NCBI RefSeq assembly: GCF_963921235.1
Contig: NC_086108.1
Coordinates: 101,372,001-101,436,000, forward strand
Length of the DNA: 64,000 nt
From: Mobula hypostoma
Taxonomy: Eukaryota
Direction: 5' to 3'
Of the stretch, positions 39,359 through 51,711 are shown in pieces. The position numbers and the translations under genes are program-made. Each line of letters opens with the position of its first letter. Positions within the stretch are counted from its first letter, which is position 1. The notes below the pieces were generated by a model. That model was given only the letters and a program-made list of their open reading frames with translations. It had not been told where the DNA came from and made no database searches.

Positions 39359-39675
39359 CGCAAACACGAGGAAATCTGCAGATGCTGGAATTTCAAGCAA
39401 CACACATAAAAATTGCTGGTGAACGCAGTAGGCCAGGCAGCATCTCTAGGAAGAGGTACAGTCGACGTTTCGGGCTGAGACCCTTCGTCAGGACTAACTG
39501 AAGGAAGAGCTAGTAAGAGATTTGAAAGTGGAAGGGGGAGGGGGAGATCCAAAATGACAGGAGAAGACAGGAGGGGGAGGGATGCAGCCAAGAGCTGGAA
39601 AGTTGATTTGCAAAAGGGATATAAGAGGATCATGGGATGGGAGGCCTAGGGAGAAAGAAAGAAGGAGGGGGGAAT
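39359..39675 (-). mobile_element. PLE pLTR with intact hammerhead motif (39459-39496, minus strand)
   Basis: Reverse complement TAGTC-CTGACGA-AGGGTCTCAGCCC-GAAAC-GTC-GACTG. Confidence 0.75.
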
Positions 39676-40910
39676 CCTCCTGTTTATTGCTGATGATTCA
39701 AAATTTCAAAGATTCAAAGCAAATTTATTATCAAAGGATGTATATATTATACAACCTTGAGATTTGTTTGCCTACAGGGAGCCACAAAGCAAAAAAACCT
39801 GAAAGAACCCAGTTAAAGAAAAAGTAAAATTAAAGACTAACGCCTTTAGCGCAAGAGGAAAAAGTACAAATCATGCAAACAATTGAAGCAACATTCCAAA
39901 CCAAATTGAGTCCTCAGATCCAAACACTGGAGCAGCCCGAAGTAGGCCTAAAGCCTCGCTTAGTAGCTCATCATATTAGCATAGCAGTCTTCATAGCCTC
40001 AATGCCATGGAGAGAGGAATGACCATCACAGAGAGTGAACGAAATTGCCTGTCATCTGATGTTTAAGATGTCTAAACAGCGGATTGTACCTCACGCTAGG
40101 ACCCAGCTACTGTGAAGGGCTCTGGGCCCAGATTTCTCTGCCGAGCCCGAAGCTGCTCCCAAGCTCTTCAGATCCAGCCCAGAGTAATCCAGCCTCCTAT
40201 CTGGGCCAGTTCTATGTACATCAGACCTCAAATGCCCCAACCTCTCCTCTCTGAATGGCAATGTTCAACGTGACTCTATCTATCAGCCATCAAAGCACTC
40301 CTGATTATCATCCAGCCATGGACTAATAATTAACATTTCAAACTGAACAGGGTAGGTCAGAACCCCTAACAACAGCATCTATCGCATCCCAAGAGGATAT
40401 TCCCTGACTCACACTCCTGAACATTTTGGGAAATCTGATAAGACCATAAGACTATAAGACATAGGAGCAGAATTAGGTCATTTAGCCGATCAAGTCTGCT
40501 CTGCCATTTGATCATGGCTGATTAATTTTCCCTTTCAACCCTATTCACATGCCTTCTCCCGATAAGCTTTGATGCCCTTACTAATTAAATACCTATCAGC
40601 CTCCACTTTAAATACACTCAATGCTAGACACTGAAAGAAAGGCAAATAAAATATGGTTCAGACAAGGGAAAATGGGATCAGTGTAAAAGGGCAAAGATCC
40701 CTGCATGGACAGGAAAGGTCAAAGGGCACATTTCAGTCTTTAACCAGGTGACCTGTTGTTTGTGATGTTGATTGAAGAGTAACTATCAGGTCTAAAATGG
40801 GAATAATCCCTGGCTGGTCTTTGAAATAAGTCTTTGAAATCAGTTGTAACCTTCTGGATAAGGACTTCCTTTCAGCTACTCATCTGTTTAACACATTATA
40901 CATTTTCTAG

Positions 40911-41132
40911 GTGGTCAAATTCTGCACTGACAAGACCCACAATACCGAAGCACCCAACATGCAGAACACTATGTGTAATTACAGGAGCACTTGGGATGTG
41001 ATCAGTCACTCGGAAGATTTCAGAAACATTTCTCTGCCTTACACTGGTTCAACCATCCCAACGTTCACACTTCTACAGGCCAAGGACCGTGTGCTTTGCT
41101 TAGTCCTTGATGTTTCAGGAAGCATGGATGGG
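40911..41132 (+). CDS. CLCA: CLCA coding exon 6 (VVKFCTDKTHNTEAPNMQNTMCNYRSTWDVI...LVLDVSGSMDG), start of VWA with MIDAS DxSxS
   Basis: ttttctag| acceptor, GGG|gtaagg donor; 222 nt, phase 0/0. Confidence 0.94.
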
Positions 41133-42227
41133 GTAAGGTCTATTATGATCAGACCATTCGATGAATTGTGTAGATAGGGTAACAAGAGAGTGACATTGTG
41201 AATGCATTCTGATATTTATTTATTTATGCATATTTTATTCCATTCCCATCTTTTAAACTCTAACTTCATTAGCATTCTTATATATAATTCTTTGCTTTAT
41301 ATAACTCTTTATTTGTTATATTGTTGAATGTTGTTTTTTGTTGCATTTTGTGCCCTGAGCAACACACTACAGCAAACTCCTAAGATACGTAAATGTATAT
41401 GGCAATTAAAGTTTAACTTTGATCCTTGAAAAGAGGCCTCAGAGTGGGAACTGTGCAATTTTTTGTCTATAATATTTCATTTTCATTTACTGTATGTGAG
41501 TAGAAACAAACATATGGTCACCATTTGTTTCAAATTTATGCAAAATGTTGAAGTGGGTTTAACATTCCTGTTGGACTAAGAGACGACATTCACTCAGTGA
41601 TGGGGTGAGCTTTAGCTGTTTTGTGTAAATGATCAATTCGACAGCTTTACTATCTTATTACATGAGCTTCCTGCCCTTAATTTCTTAAATCCATAATCCT
41701 TGGTACCACTCAGTGAATGCACGGAACACTAACCCTAATGCATGGACAATCTCTTGGTCCTAAACAGTCAGTGAGGTTTTATATTTAAGTGGGTAGACAA
41801 TGGTAGAATAGAGTTGTATAAATGAAGAAAATCCAATTTTTACTTAACCAACCATTAGTAATACAGAGACTCAAAACAATTAGATTCTTAGGACAGTGTG
41901 GCCATCTTTATTATGCTGAGGACACATTTCAAACAGCTACACGCGTGAATTTACCCAACCTGATCCCTCAACTGGAAGCTGAGATGGAATGGACAGCTTT
42001 CTGTGTTTGCTTGTCAGCCTTTCAGCGTGTAGTTGTGGAGATCTCACCAAGTGTGGTCAGTATGTTAAAGTGCTGGCTTTGGTGAACACCAGGATTCAGT
42101 GAGGAGGGTGGGTAGCAATGAGGTAAGTCAAGGTAAAATTTTACCTTTTCCTCAACTCTGTGTGTTCACTGCAAGGGCAGTGGTGGCAGCCATGGCGTGG
42201 TATGTTCCTAAGGTCATGGAACAGTCA

Positions 42228-42420
42228 GGGGCCAGTTCATTGGCAATATTTAAGATGGAGTTAGATAAGGCCCTTGTGGCTAAAGGGATCAGGGGGTATG
42301 GAGAGAAGGCAGGTACAGGGTTCTGAGTTGGATGATCAGCCATGATCGTACTGAATGGTGGTGCAGGCTCGAAGGGCCGAATGGCCTACTCCTGCACCTA
42401 TTTTCTATGTTTCTATGTTT
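42228..42420 (+). mobile_element. Young CR1 3' tail
   Basis: ASSLAIFKMELDKALVAKGIRGYG and (TTTCTATG)n tail. Confidence 0.85.
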
Positions 42421-42533
42421 CATGGTTTACATCTAAAGGCATTTTGATTCAGTTGTATCCAGCACTGTCTGGTCCATTAAATGGGGCTGAGATTAATCTT
42501 ACATCACACTTTGTACTTTATGTTGGTGAACAG

Positions 42534-42758
42534 GGGAATCGCATTGTCAGGCTTCGACAAGCTGCTGAGATATTCTTGCTGCACATCATTGAAAAAGGAT
42601 CACAAGTTGGAATTGTCACTTTTAACTCTGATGCAAGCATTAAAACACAGTTAAAAAAGATTGATAATCCTAGTGCGAGGAAGGACCTTGTACTTCTGTT
42701 ACCAACGTCTGCTGAAGGGGGAACGAGAATCTGTGCGGGGGTTCGATCTGGCTTTCAG
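42534..42758 (+). CDS. CLCA: CLCA coding exon 7, VWA (GNRIVRLRQAAEIFL...GGTRICAGVRSGFQ)
   Basis: gaacag| acceptor, CAG|gtaggt donor; 225 nt, phase 0/0. Confidence 0.92.
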
Positions 42759-42839
42759 GTAGGTCTGGAAAACTTCATGAACACATTCCTTTCAGGGATT
42801 ACATTTTACCCAAATTGGTGACAACTCATTGTCTTTCAG

Positions 42840-43017
42840 GTACTTCGTGGCGATGATGGTGATACTAGAGGTGATGAAATTATTTTGCTTACGGACGGAG
42901 AGGACGACAGTATTAACACTTGCTTCACAGAGGTAGAACAAAGCAGAGCCATAATCCACACCATTGCATTAGGGCCAGAGGCAGCCAAGGATCTAGAACA
43001 GCTCTCAGCAAAGACAG
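42840..43017 (+). CDS. CLCA: CLCA coding exon 8, VWA (VLRGDDGDTRGDEIILLTDGED...IHTIALGPEAAKDLEQLSAKT)
   Basis: 81-nt intron upstream; gtctttcag| acceptor, G|gtaacc donor; 178 nt, phase 0/1. Confidence 0.93.
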
Positions 43018-43131
43018 GTAACCAACACCAAATAATCACACGGTTAACAACTGGGCTAACAGTATGAGATCATCCAAATCTTTTTAGAGAACTTAATGTA
43101 AAGGAACCCTAAGGAGGCAGTAATCTTAATA

Positions 43132-43450
43132 TAGAAACATAGAAACATAGAAAATAGGTGCAGGAGTAGGCCATTCGGCCCTTCAAGCCTGCACCACCAT
43201 TTATTATGATCATGGCTGATCATCCAACTCAGAACCCCGCCCCAGCCTTCCCTCCATACCCCCTGACCCCTGTAGCCACAAGGGCTATATCTAACTCCCT
43301 CTTAAACATAGCCAATGAACTGGCCTCAACAGTTTCCTGTGGCAGAGAATTCCACAGATTCACCACTCTCTGTGTGAAGAAGTTTTTCCTAATCTCGGTC
43401 CTAAAAGGCTTCCCCTCTATCTTCAAACTGCGACCCCTCGTTCTGGACTT
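43132..43450 (-). mobile_element. Young CR1 3' tail
   Basis: KPFRTEIRKNFFTQRVVNLWNSLP and (TTTCTATG)n tail on the minus strand. Confidence 0.88.
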
Positions 43451-43519
43451 TAATTCATACTACAATATGCGAGGCAGAAGCATAAGTTACCTGTATCATT
43501 ATCACAATGGAATAAAGGG

Positions 43520-45510
43520 AATTACAGAGCTTGACCAGAAGTTTCTGAGAATAGTTCACAAGGTGCAGGATGGATATCTCCCACAGAAGAAGTTGTACTC
43601 AAATGGCAGGGGTAGGCAATCGTGGCTGACAAGGGAAGTTAAGGACAGCATAAAAGCAAAGGAAAGGGCAGACAAGGTAGCTAAAGTGACTGGGATGTTG
43701 TTGGGAAGCTTTTAAAATCCAACAAAAAGCAACTAAAAAAGCTATATGAAGGAAAAAGATGAAATATGAGGGCAAGAAAGCCAATAATATAAAACAGGAT
43801 GCCAAAAATCTTTTTCAGTCATATAACGGGGGAACAAAGAAGTAGCAGATGAACTCAATAAATACTTCACTTCAGTCTTTATTGTGGAAGACACTAGCCA
43901 TATGCCAGAGGTCGGTGTGTGTCAGGGATCAAGAGTGAGTGCTATTGCTTTTACAAAGGCAAAACTGTTAGACAGACTGAAAGGTCTTAAGATGGATAAG
44001 TCACCTGGAGCAGATGGACTACATCCCAGATTCCTGGGAGAGGTTGCTGAAGAGAAAACGGATGCATTGGTCATGATCTTTAAAGAATCACTTGATTCTG
44101 GCATGGTCCCTGAGGACTGGAAAATTGCAAATGTCACTCCACTCATTAAAAAGGGAGGAAGATAAAAGAAAGGAAATTACAGGCCAGTTAGCCTAACCTC
44201 GGTGGTTGGGAAAGTGGTGAACTCCATTATTGAGGATGATGTTTCGGGGTACTTGGAGACTAATGATAAAATAAGTCAAAATCAGCATGGATTCTGTGAA
44301 GGGAAATCTGTTAGAGTTATTTGAGGAAGTAACAAGCAGGGTGAACAAAGGAGAGGCAGTGGATGTCATTTACTTGGACTTTTATAAAGCATTTGATAAG
44401 GTGCCACACATGAGGCCTCTTAACAAGATAAAATCCTATGACATTACAGGAAAGATACTGGCATGGATAAAGGAATGGCTGACAGGGTGTGAGTGAGAAT
44501 AAAGTTCCTGGTTGGCTACCAGTGACTAGAGTATGGGTCAGTACATGGAACTATAACATTGTGGCTATTGCAGATACTTGGCTTTCATATGGGGTGGATT
44601 GGCTGCTGGATGTTCCGGGGTTTTAATCTTTCAGATGAACGGGGCGGGGGTAAAAGAGCTAATTGCTAATCAGTGTTACGATCACAGCAGCAGAAAATCC
44701 ACTGGCTAATCTACTGAGCAAATCCCAAACAAGAATGAGGCAATCACTCTGTTAAGAGTATTCTATAGACCCCCAATAGCAGCAGACACTGAGAAACAGA
44801 TCGGCAGGCAGATTTTAGAAAGCTGCAATAACTGGGCTGTTGTCATGGGTGACTGCAACTTCCCTACTATTGATTGGCGCCTCCTAAGTGTAAACATTTA
44901 TTATGGGGGAGAATTTGATATGTGTGTCCAGGAATGATTACTGAGACATCACGACACGTAGACAGGCTGATGAGAGGAGGGGTCATACGAAGTCATGAAT
45001 CTGGTCAAGTGACAGATCTCTTGGTGGGTGAGCATTTCAGAGACAGTGACCACAACTCCCTGACCTTACCATAACCTTGGACAGGATTGGAGGAAACAGC
45101 ATGAGAACGTTCTTACTTGGGGAGAGGAATTTTAATCTTATTAGGCAGGAACCTGGGAGCATAAAATGGGAACAGATGTACTCAAAGAAATGCCCAACAG
45201 AAATGTGAAAGCTGCTTAGGGAGCACTTGCATTGGATCCTGGATAGGTTTGTCCTATTGAGGCAGGGAAAGGATGGTAAGTTGAAGGAACCATGGTTGAC
45301 AAGAGCTCTAATCAAGAGGGAGGAAGAAGCAAAGGGCTCTAAAGTTACAAGGTATCCAGGAAAGAGACTGAGGAGAGCTAGAAATGGACATGAGAAGGCT
45401 TTGGTGAGTATAATTAAGGAAAACCCCAAGGTGTTGTATATGTGTGTGAAGAACAGATGGATAACTAGAGTGAGGGTAAAACCACTCAGGGATAGAAGAG
45501 GAAACCATGG
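43520..45510 (+). mobile_element. Degenerate CR1 ORF2 fragments
   Basis: KSPGADGLHP, WKIANVTP, YLDFYKAFDKVPH and APE remnants. Confidence 0.7.
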
Positions 45511-45554
45511 ATAATATCTGAGTTATGGATTATTTTTCCTTTTCCATTAATTAG

Positions 45555-45661
45555 GAGGTCTACAGTTTACAGCCACTGATAACGTGAACACAAATGGACT
45601 AATTGATGCATTCAGTGGATTAGGATCAGGAGATGGTGACATTAACCAACAGTCAATCCAG
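45555..45661 (+). CDS. CLCA: CLCA coding exon 9 (GGLQFTATDNVNTNGLIDAFSGLGSGDGDINQQSIQ)
   Basis: Absent from the ORF track; ttaattag| acceptor, CAG|gtttga donor; 107 nt, phase 1/0. Confidence 0.92.
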
Positions 45662-45749
45662 GTTTGATTACCTTAGAGAAATTAATTTCCAATTACTCTT
45701 CTGTTACCAACTTTTTGGTAATAAAATATGTTTATTTCCTCGTTCCTAG

Positions 45750-45971
45750 CTTGAAAGTACAGGAAGGAGTGTTGATGAAAACAGTTCGTTTAATGATTCA
45801 ATTGTTATCGATAAAACTGTTGGAAACAACACACATTTTGTGTTCACTTGGGAGGTGTCCACACCACAAGTATTTGTACGTGACCCCAATGGAAAGGTAT
45901 ACAGCAACAATGACTTTGTCATAGAAGAGAGCATACACACTGCACGGCTCGAAATTGAAGGCACGGCACAG
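45750..45971 (+). CDS. CLCA: CLCA coding exon 10 (LESTGRSV...IDKTVGNNTHFVFTW...ARLEIEGTAQ)
   Basis: 88-nt intron upstream; gttcctag| acceptor, CAG|gtattc donor; 222 nt, phase 0/0. Confidence 0.92.
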
Positions 45972-46169
45972 GTATTCTCCTATGTACCTGAAATACTATC
46001 TGTATTTCTCTCTCCACAGAGGCTGATGGGCCTGTCTGGTTTCCACAGAGTTTTCTAGTTTTACTTTCTGTTAACATTACAGTCAAGTTGCATTACTTAG
46101 ACGTGTTCATTTAGGCTGTATTGGAATACTGTATACAGTCCTGTTTATCACACTACAGTCAATTTAATC

Positions 46170-47120
46170 ACTTGACACTTGTGACTATGAGGCTACGGCA
46201 ATCACAACTCCAATGCCACATTGAAGTTTACCGATAACATCACTGTTGTTGGCCGGATCAAAGGTGGTGACAAGTCAGCACATAAGAGGGAGATTGAAAA
46301 TCTAGCTGAGAGTGCGACAACAACCTCTCACTCAATGTCAGCAGGCCCAAAGAGCTGATTATTGACTTCAGGAGGAGGAAACTGGACATCCATGAGCCAA
46401 TCTTCATTGAGGATCATAGGTGAAGAGGGTCAGCAACATTAAATTCCTCTTTTATTATTTCAGAGGATCTGTCCTGGGCCCAGTAGGGAATTGCAATAAA
46501 TAAGAAAGCACAGCAGTACCTCTACTTCCTCGGAAGTTTGTTAATATTTGGTATGACATCTAAAGCTTTGAGAAATTTCTGTCGATTATCTAAGTGTATA
46601 TTCACTGGTTTCATCATGGTCGGGTATGCCCTTCAACAGAAAATCCTACAAAATGTAGTGGATATGGCCCAGTCTTTCACGGGTAAAGCACTCTCCACCT
46701 TTGAGCACATTTACACTGAGCACTGCCACAAGAAGCCAGCATCCATCATCGAGGACTCCTTCTGCTCAGGCCATACTTTCTTCTCACTGCTGCCATCAGG
46801 AGAAAGGTACAGCAGCCTCAGGATCTGCACCACCAGGTTCAGGAACAATTATAACCCCTCAACATTCAGGCTCTTGAACCTGATGGAATAACTTCACTCA
46901 TCCCATTACTGAACTGTTCCCATACCCTATGGACTCACTTTCAAGGACTCTTCATCTCATGTTCTTAATATTTGCTGCTTATGTATTTATTTATTATTTA
47001 TTTTTCTCTTTTGTATTGCACAGTTTTTTGTCTTTTGCAGGTTGATTGTCGGTCCTGTTGGGTGCGGTCTTTCATTGATTCTATTGTGTATCTTGGATTT
47101 ACTGTGTATATCTATAAGTA
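46170..47120 (+). mobile_element. Rex1/Babar-like LINE 3' remnant
   Basis: KFTDNITVVG and FSLLPSGERY remnants. Confidence 0.65.
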
Positions 47121-47139
47121 CTGTGTACTGCTACTGTGT

Positions 47140-47639
47140 ACTGTGTACAAAGAAGGTTCACCAGATTGATTCTTGGGACGGCAGGACTTTCATATGATGA
47201 AAGACTGGATCGACTGGGCTTATACTCGTTGAAATTTAGAAGATTGAGGGGGGATCTTAGTGAAACGTATAAAATCCTAAAGGGATTGGACAGGCTAGAT
47301 GCAGGAAGATAGTTCCTGATGTTGGGGAAGTCCAGAACGAGGGGTCACAGTTTGAGGATAAAAGGGAAGCCTTTTAGGACTGAGATTAGGAAAAACTTCT
47401 TCACACAGAGAGTGGTGAATCTGTGGAATTCTCTGCCACAGGAAACAGTTGAGGCCAGTTCATTGGCTATATTTAAGAGGGAGTTAGATATGGCCCTTGT
47501 GGCTAAAGGGATCAGGGGGTATGGAGGGAAGGCTGGTACAGGGTTCTCAGTTGGATGATCAGCCATGATCATATTGAATGGCGGTGCAGGCTTGAAGGGC
47601 CGAATGGCCTACTCCTGCACCTATTTTCTATGTTTCTAT
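47140..47639 (+). mobile_element. Young CR1 3' fragment
   Basis: SRTRGHSLRIKGKPFRTEIRKNFFTQRVVNLWNSLP; near-identical to 43132-43450. Confidence 0.88.
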
Positions 47640-48737
47640 AAGAAAACAGACCTTAAGTTTGTTCTATGGTGACCTATATGTACCTTGATAAGAAATTAAC
47701 TTTGAACTATAAACAGGAAAGATATTGTAGCAATTGACAGGTTGCAGAAGAGATTTCACCAGGTAGCTGTTTGGAATGAAAGACTTCAGTCATAAAGTTA
47801 GATTGCATAGGCTCTGTTTGTTCTCATTGAAGTATGGAAGGTCAAGGGGTAACCTGATAGACATTTGTAATATAGTCAGAGTGTTGTTTCTTCCCACAGC
47901 AAGCAGGGTGGTCTATAAATAGAGATCTTAGTTTAAAGTGAATTTAGAGGATAAATTTACAGTGCAGGATGCTGTACAATCATGCACTCTATTAAAAGTA
48001 ATACAGGCATAGACGATTTTCCAAACAAGGAGCAAATTCAAAAATCAGCAGTGCAAATGGACTGCGGAATCCTCATGGATTAATCCTTAAAGGTTAACTT
48101 GCAGGTTGAGTCAGTGATAAGGAAGTCAAATATAATGTTAGCATTCATTTCGAGAGTACTCGTACATAAAATCAGGATGTAATGCTGAGACTTTTTAAGA
48201 CATTGTTCAAACCATATCTGGAATAATGTAAACAACTTTGGGCTACTTATCTCAGAAAGATTGTGCTGGCATTGGAGAAGGTCCAGAGGAGGCTTACGGC
48301 AATGATCCCGGCAATGAAATGGTTAGTACATGAGAGTATTTGATGGCTCTTGGTCTGCTCTCACTGGAGTTTAGAAGAATGAGGAGGGTTCTCATTAAAA
48401 CATACTGAATATTGAAAGGCCTAGATAGATAGGTGATTTGGCCAGTGTAAATTGCTCCTGTTTGTAGGTGAATATTAGACTGAGGGCAGAGTTGATGGGA
48501 ATGTGAAGTAGATAAAATAGGGTTTAGGATTAGTGAAGATGGTTGTTTGATGGTTGGCGTGGATATAATGGGTCGATGAGCCTGTTTCTGTACTGTATAC
48601 ATTTGTGACCCTTTCATCCTCTTTTGTTCTTCTAGCATGATGTGTTATTTGCATCAATACCAGCCTTTGATTCCACAGAGTTTAATATCCATGCTCAGAC
48701 AATATCTAACTGATAACTGATCCTCAGTCATACTATC

Positions 48738-49458
48738 CAGACATCCCACCTCTCCCGGAAGTTCCAGGAGTCTCCCGCATATTAATAGTGGCTCCCTGAT
48801 GCCTGCAAATTATATACAATGTCCCGGAAATTGATTTTTTTTTAGAGCAAGCGTGAGAGAACACGCGAGAGAGCGAGCGCAAGAGCAAGAAAGCAAGCGC
48901 GAGTGAGAGCGACCATGAGAGAGAGGGAGTGCGAGAGCGAGCGAGAGAGCAAGAGCAGGAAAGCGCGAGAGAGCGAGCACGAGTGAGCAACCATGAGAGA
49001 GAGAGCGAGAGCGAGAAAGCAAGCGCGAGAGAGAGAGACCACGAGCGAGAGAGAGCACGCTCGAGAGACAGAGCAAGAGAGCGAGCGTGCAAGAGAGAGT
49101 GAGAGCAAGAGCGAGAGCGAGAGTGTTCCAAAAAAAAGAAAATATGATACGTACGTCACCCCAGACTACACTAAAGTGTACCCCTGCCTAATAGCGGTCA
49201 AAAATAATGACAGTGTTGCTCGCTGCACTGTTTGCAACAGTGACTTTTCTATTGCCCATGGTGGGTTAAAATGTAAGAGACATGTTGAGGTGAGTTTAAC
49301 AGGTGTCATTCATTCATTAGCATAGCTAATGTTATTTAAACTAGCTGGCTAGCTGCTAAGGAGCTACTCTATTGCAGACATCCCATCTCTCCCGGAAGTC
49401 TCCCGCAAATTGATGGTGCTACCTCCCTGAAATGAGTTTTTGCAGGGTGGGATGTCTG
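48738..49458 (+). mobile_element. Non-autonomous hAT-like DNA transposon (internal deletion derivative)
   Basis: Perfect 13-bp TIR CAGACATCCCACC / GGTGGGATGTCTG; flanking duplication TACTATC; subterminal TCCCGGAAG repeats; transposase-like N-terminus PKKRK...CTVC...FSIAHGG...KRH; GA-rich microsatellite. Confidence 0.8.
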
Positions 49459-50311
49459 TACTATCCTTTATAGTGACATCCTTAAATCTCACCAACTCCT
49501 TGCTTCTTCATCTCAAACCTGAATAACTGGGGTTAATTTTATTTTTATTTATTGTAGCTGTTTAGAGATATGTTGATGCTGCCTTGTTTTCCTCAAAAAG
49601 AGAAAAAAGTGGTTTTAATCTCTGTACTCCGTGAAATCCTTTGAATGAACAGTTGTTGACTTGGAACATAACCTGTGTTTTCCCTCCACAGATGCTGCCT
49701 GACTGACTGAGCATTTCCAGCATTTTCTCTTTTATACATTGAATTTTCCTCTCTCACTGGGCACCATTCCTCAATAGCAAACTGACAAGAGTAATGTTCC
49801 AGTAGTAGGAAATGGGCCTGGATTCAGGAGAAATCAGGAAAATAATCTTAGGTCACCTAACAACGTTTGTTTGCACCAAATTATTTCAAAATTATGAAAT
49901 TAGAATGTCCATTTAAAACAGGGATGAGTAGGAACTTCATTAGCCAGAGGGGGGTGCATCTGTGGAATTCATTGCCACAGCTGGATGTGCAGTCTAAGTC
50001 ATTGAGTACATTTGAAGCAGAGGCTGATAAGTATTTGATTAGTAATGACATCAAAAGTTATGGGGAGAAAGCCAGAGAATAGGGCTGAGAGGGATAATAA
50101 ATCACCCATGATGGAACGGCCTAATTCTGCCCCTATGCCATATGATCTTGTAGTATCTTAACAGTATTGAAGATAATGACTCGCCACAACTTTCTCAATG
50201 GTCCCCTACAGAGATAATCATTCTATATGTCCAGTATTAATAATTTTAAATATCACTGAGAAGTTATTCCTGCCTTTGGTTTTCATAGAACTAACCATAA
50301 TCATCTTCCAG

Positions 50312-50573
50312 GATGGAACTTGGACTTACAATATCATGAATACTGGAAATAAGCAGAAAATAACAGTTACAGTAACATCCCGCGCAGCGGATGAGAACGT
50401 TCCCCCTGTCACAGTCAACACAAAAATCACCAGAAAGGATCTCACTAGTCCAGTGGTCATCTATGTGAAAGTCTCCCAAGGATTTTTACCAGTCTTATCT
50501 GCGAGAGTGATAATCATTGCTGAACCATCCACGGGTCCTACAGAAGAAGTGGAGCTTTTGGATAATGGTTTAG
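50312..50573 (+). CDS. CLCA: CLCA coding exon 11 (DGTWTYNI...TVTVTSRAA...VSQGFLPVLSARV...ELLDNGL)
   Basis: tcttccag| acceptor, G|gtaagt donor; 262 nt, phase 0/1. Confidence 0.93.
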
Positions 50574-51539
50574 GTAAGTCATATAAAATTCGCTTTGAGA
50601 AATAAAGTTGGAGGTTTTGTGAAATTACTGATGATTTTGTGAATATAAGTGTAAGTTTGAGGGAGATCTAATGACATAGAGTGAACTGGGTGGGTAAGGG
50701 ACCATCGGCTGCCAGCAGGAGAACTATTTAACCTACAGGTGCCCTGATCAAATTGTAAACCAGACTTTAATGGGCTGTGTTGTGCCTTGTGGTCAACTGC
50801 GAAGATCTAAGATAGCCTGAAGTTCAGATAGACTGTCCATCTCATTGCTTCACATAGTAGCGAGCCCAGAGCCAGACTCAGTGGTTGGTCCCTCATGAAG
50901 CAATAGCTTACTGCGCCAACCACTTAGATTCAGATCCGTAGACCTCTACAGAGTTTGCTGGCTTTGACTCATGGAGAGCACCAACCTGAAATCTGGCCTG
51001 ACCTCTAACTCCCCCAATCCCTATCCCTAATCTTTAACCTGATTTCAAATCCCCCAAATCATCCCCTCAAACCTTAAAAACAACTAAGTCTGAGACACAA
51101 CCTTGATAGAGGCCGCAGCTGGGCACCATCTTGACTAGAACACAATCCAGTGTCAGGGAGGACCGGTGTGTGAATGAGAGATTCATCTGTCTGAATGGGG
51201 TCACCAATTCTGTGGAAAAAATGTAAAAGCAGGTAAGGTCCACTCCTTTTACTTTATCAGAATGTTTTGGTTACATGCCAGTCAAAGGCTATCAGAATAT
51301 TGAGGTGTGAGGACCTTGGGGTGTGGTCTCTGAAGCCAGCCTGTCATACACAGGCTGCTTCATCTTATAGGACAGCAGTGGTGCAGACAGTCAGCTCATC
51401 TGGCCTTCCACGTCCAGATGAAGGAAGTCTGAGCAAGATGCCAAGTCAAGAACAATTCTGCCCTAGGTGTGTGACTTCCAACAATGTGCCAACTAAAATA
51501 GGAAGAATATTTAATCAGTTGCATAAATATGTCTTCATG

Positions 51540-51711
51540 CCTTACAAGGCGCAGATTGGAAGTCTGTGTGGGGCGCCACTCCACACACAGACTAGAGCAA
51601 TGTGTGATTAAGTGCCTTGCTCAAGGGCACAAACATGTTGCCACAGCTGAGGCTCAAACTAGCGACTTTGAGATAACTAGGCGAACGACTTAACCACTTG
51701 GCCATGTGCCC
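51540..51711 (-). mobile_element. tRNA-derived SINE head with CORE-like segment
   Basis: Minus strand: A-box TGGCCAAGTGG, B-box-like GTTTGAGCC, then GTGCCCTTGAGCAAGGCACTTAA. Confidence 0.6.

Noticed and set aside
48733..49159. S/L/R-rich minus-strand ORFs
   Set aside because: These are artefacts of the GA-rich microsatellite inside the hAT-like element.
48846..49289. In-frame CLCA-transposase zinc-finger fusion exon
   Set aside because: An in-frame TGA at 48984-48986 blocks it; kept only as a possible poison exon.
51615..51711. tRNA gene
   Set aside because: A/B-box-like motifs run straight into a CORE-like SINE body and there is no complete cloverleaf, so it is a SINE head.
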